32,000 nt of DNA from Pyrodictium delaneyi. GTDB taxonomy: Archaea; Thermoproteota; Thermoprotei_A; Sulfolobales; Pyrodictiaceae. Below the pieces are notes generated by a model. That model made no database searches. It worked only from the letters and a program-made list of their open reading frames with translations, and was not told the origin of the DNA. The stretch is taken from NCBI RefSeq assembly GCF_001412615.1, contig NZ_CP013011.1:930001-962000 (forward strand), read 5' to 3'. How positions within the stretch are numbered: the stretch's first letter is position 1; each line of letters starts with the position of its first letter. Position numbers and translations under genes: made by a program. Below, one piece after another: positions 30,850 to 32,000 of this stretch.

Positions 30850-31989
30850 TTAACCTCCGCACTCCAGGAGCTGGGCTGCCTGGGATACTACCTTCTTTAG
30901 CTGCTCGGGTAACGGTGCATAGCCCCTAGGCAGGTTGTCTTGACCCTGAGACCCTATGTATTCTATGAATGCTTTCATAGCGTTACACTTGGCTGAATCA
31001 TCCCAGCTTCTCCACACTAGGAGGAATGTCTGGCCCGCAAGTGGGTATGCATCAGGGCTTGCCGATGAGTATACAAACTCCTTAGCTACATCACTCCAAT
31101 CGTCTAGCGGGCTAGGCGGATTATCTATAGCGAAGGCTGCCGATATGCTTTCTGTGCTGGGTGCTACAAACTTGCCTGCTGGGTTCTGGAGCCTCGCATA
31201 GGGCAACCCGTACTCTAGCGCATAGGCCCACTCAACGTAGCCTATCGAGTAGGGTGTGGACTTAATCGCCTGGGTTACGCCCTGGTTGCCCTCCTGGCCT
31301 ATACCCCGGCCCGTCTTGTCAACAGGCCATTCGACGCTTTTTCCGACTCCTACTTTCTCTCTCCACTCGCTACAAGTCTTTGCGAGGAAGGTTGTGAAGA
31401 TCTGGGTAGTACCACTCGAGTCGCTACGATGCACAGCTATTATCTCCCGGTGTGGTAGTTTGTCCGCAACTGCCGGGTTGAGCTGCTTTATGGCCGGGTC
31501 GTCCCAGTAGATTATCTCGCCAAGGTATATCTTTGCTATCACTTCACCTGTTAGGTTTAACTGTGCATCCCCTATCTCCGGTATATTATATACTACGACC
31601 ACCGCGCCAAGCGCTACTGGGAACTGTAGTATCTCACCCTGGTGTTTCTGCCACTTGCTGCGGGGTAGCGGAGGATCGCTGGCAGCAAAATCTACGAGCC
31701 GGCTGAGGAGATCGCTTACACCTTTACCGCTTCCGCCACCAGTATATTCTATCTCGATATTAGGGTGTCCCCTCGTGAACTCTTCTATCCAGTTATCCAT
31801 AGCTGGTTTCACGAATGTTGATCCGCTGCCAAGCAGGCTTACCGTCTCCTCTCCAACGCTGTTAGCCACTGGCCTCTGAGTTAACTCCTTGTACTGGTTT
31901 AGAGCTTTGAGTGAAATACCCAAGGCTACTAGGGATATTATTAGTGCCACTACCGCGATCATACGGGTTTCCATACCAGTACACCTCAT
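30850..31989 (-). CDS. pstS: phosphate-binding protein PstS, membrane-anchored
   Basis: LLGSGSTFV and SDSSGTT phosphate-binding motifs, with an N-terminal TM anchor. ATG 31989 is preceded by AAGGAG. Confidence 0.9.
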   Translation of the reverse strand: MRCTGMETRMIAVVALIISLVALGISLKALNQYKELTQRPVANSVGEETVSLLGSGSTFVKPAMDNWIEEFTRGHPNIEIEYTGGGSGKGVSDLLSRLVDFAASDPPLPRSKWQKHQGEILQFPVALGAVVVVYNIPEIGDAQLNLTGEVIAKIYLGEIIYWDDPAIKQLNPAVADKLPHREIIAVHRSDSSGTTQIFTTFLAKTCSEWREKVGVGKSVEWPVDKTGRGIGQEGNQGVTQAIKSTPYSIGYVEWAYALEYGLPYARLQNPAGKFVAPSTESISAAFAIDNPPSPLDDWSDVAKEFVYSSASPDAYPLAGQTFLLVWRSWDDSAKCNAMKAFIEYIGSQGQDNLPRGYAPLPEQLKKVVSQAAQLLECGG

Positions 31990-32000
31990 GACTCCTTACC

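Noticed and set aside
1-32000. Search for CRISPR arrays, tRNA/rRNA genes, C/D-box sRNAs, IS elements, integrases and known defence genes
   Set aside because: I found no regularly spaced direct repeats, no T-loop (GTTCRAATC-like) or acceptor-stem pattern, and no convincing RUGAUGA...CUGA box pairs in the spacers. No transposase or integrase motifs appear in any ORF. This was a visual scan only, so small RNAs could have been missed.

Overview
This 32 kb chromosomal segment reads as a hyperthermophilic crenarchaeon, probably Desulfurococcales-like. The taxon is my inference from the archaeal GHMP-type shikimate kinase, split transketolase, TrpB2, TATA-box promoters with short leaders, and Thr-rich, N-x-S/T-rich surface proteins.

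About two thirds of the window is a near-complete aromatic amino-acid supercluster. It holds all seven shikimate steps (DAHP synthase-aroB-aroD, aroA-aroC, archaeal aroK, aroE), a split transketolase, a chorismate mutase/prephenate dehydrogenase fusion, and a seven-gene trp operon (trpA-trpB2-trpD-trpF-trpE-trpG-trpC). An orphan dihydrolipoamide-dehydrogenase-like gene interrupts it. The right edge carries pstS-C-A-B, followed by a membrane HExxH protein in the slot where phoU normally sits.

The left 10 kb (164-9892) looks accessory. Two divergent paralogues of an uncharacterised ferritin/rubrerythrin-like protein bracket a NikR-family regulator and a P1B ATPase that lacks a metal-binding domain and has CPS instead of CPC. 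Next comes a ~940-aa secreted helical-repeat protein with about 34 glycosylation sequons. It is divergently paired with a membrane-tethered winged-helix regulator that has an extracellular domain and a ~120-aa Thr-rich stalk.

I recognised no rRNA, tRNA, CRISPR array, IS element or integrase.

The best sequence-level signal is a set of phased GTGGG-N6-GTGGG (CCCAC) pentamer pairs beside the TATA elements or starts of the trp, aroA/aroK and aroE units. The two divergent aro promoters also share an exact 10-mer. Together these are a candidate aromatic-regulon operator for which I know no crenarchaeal regulator.
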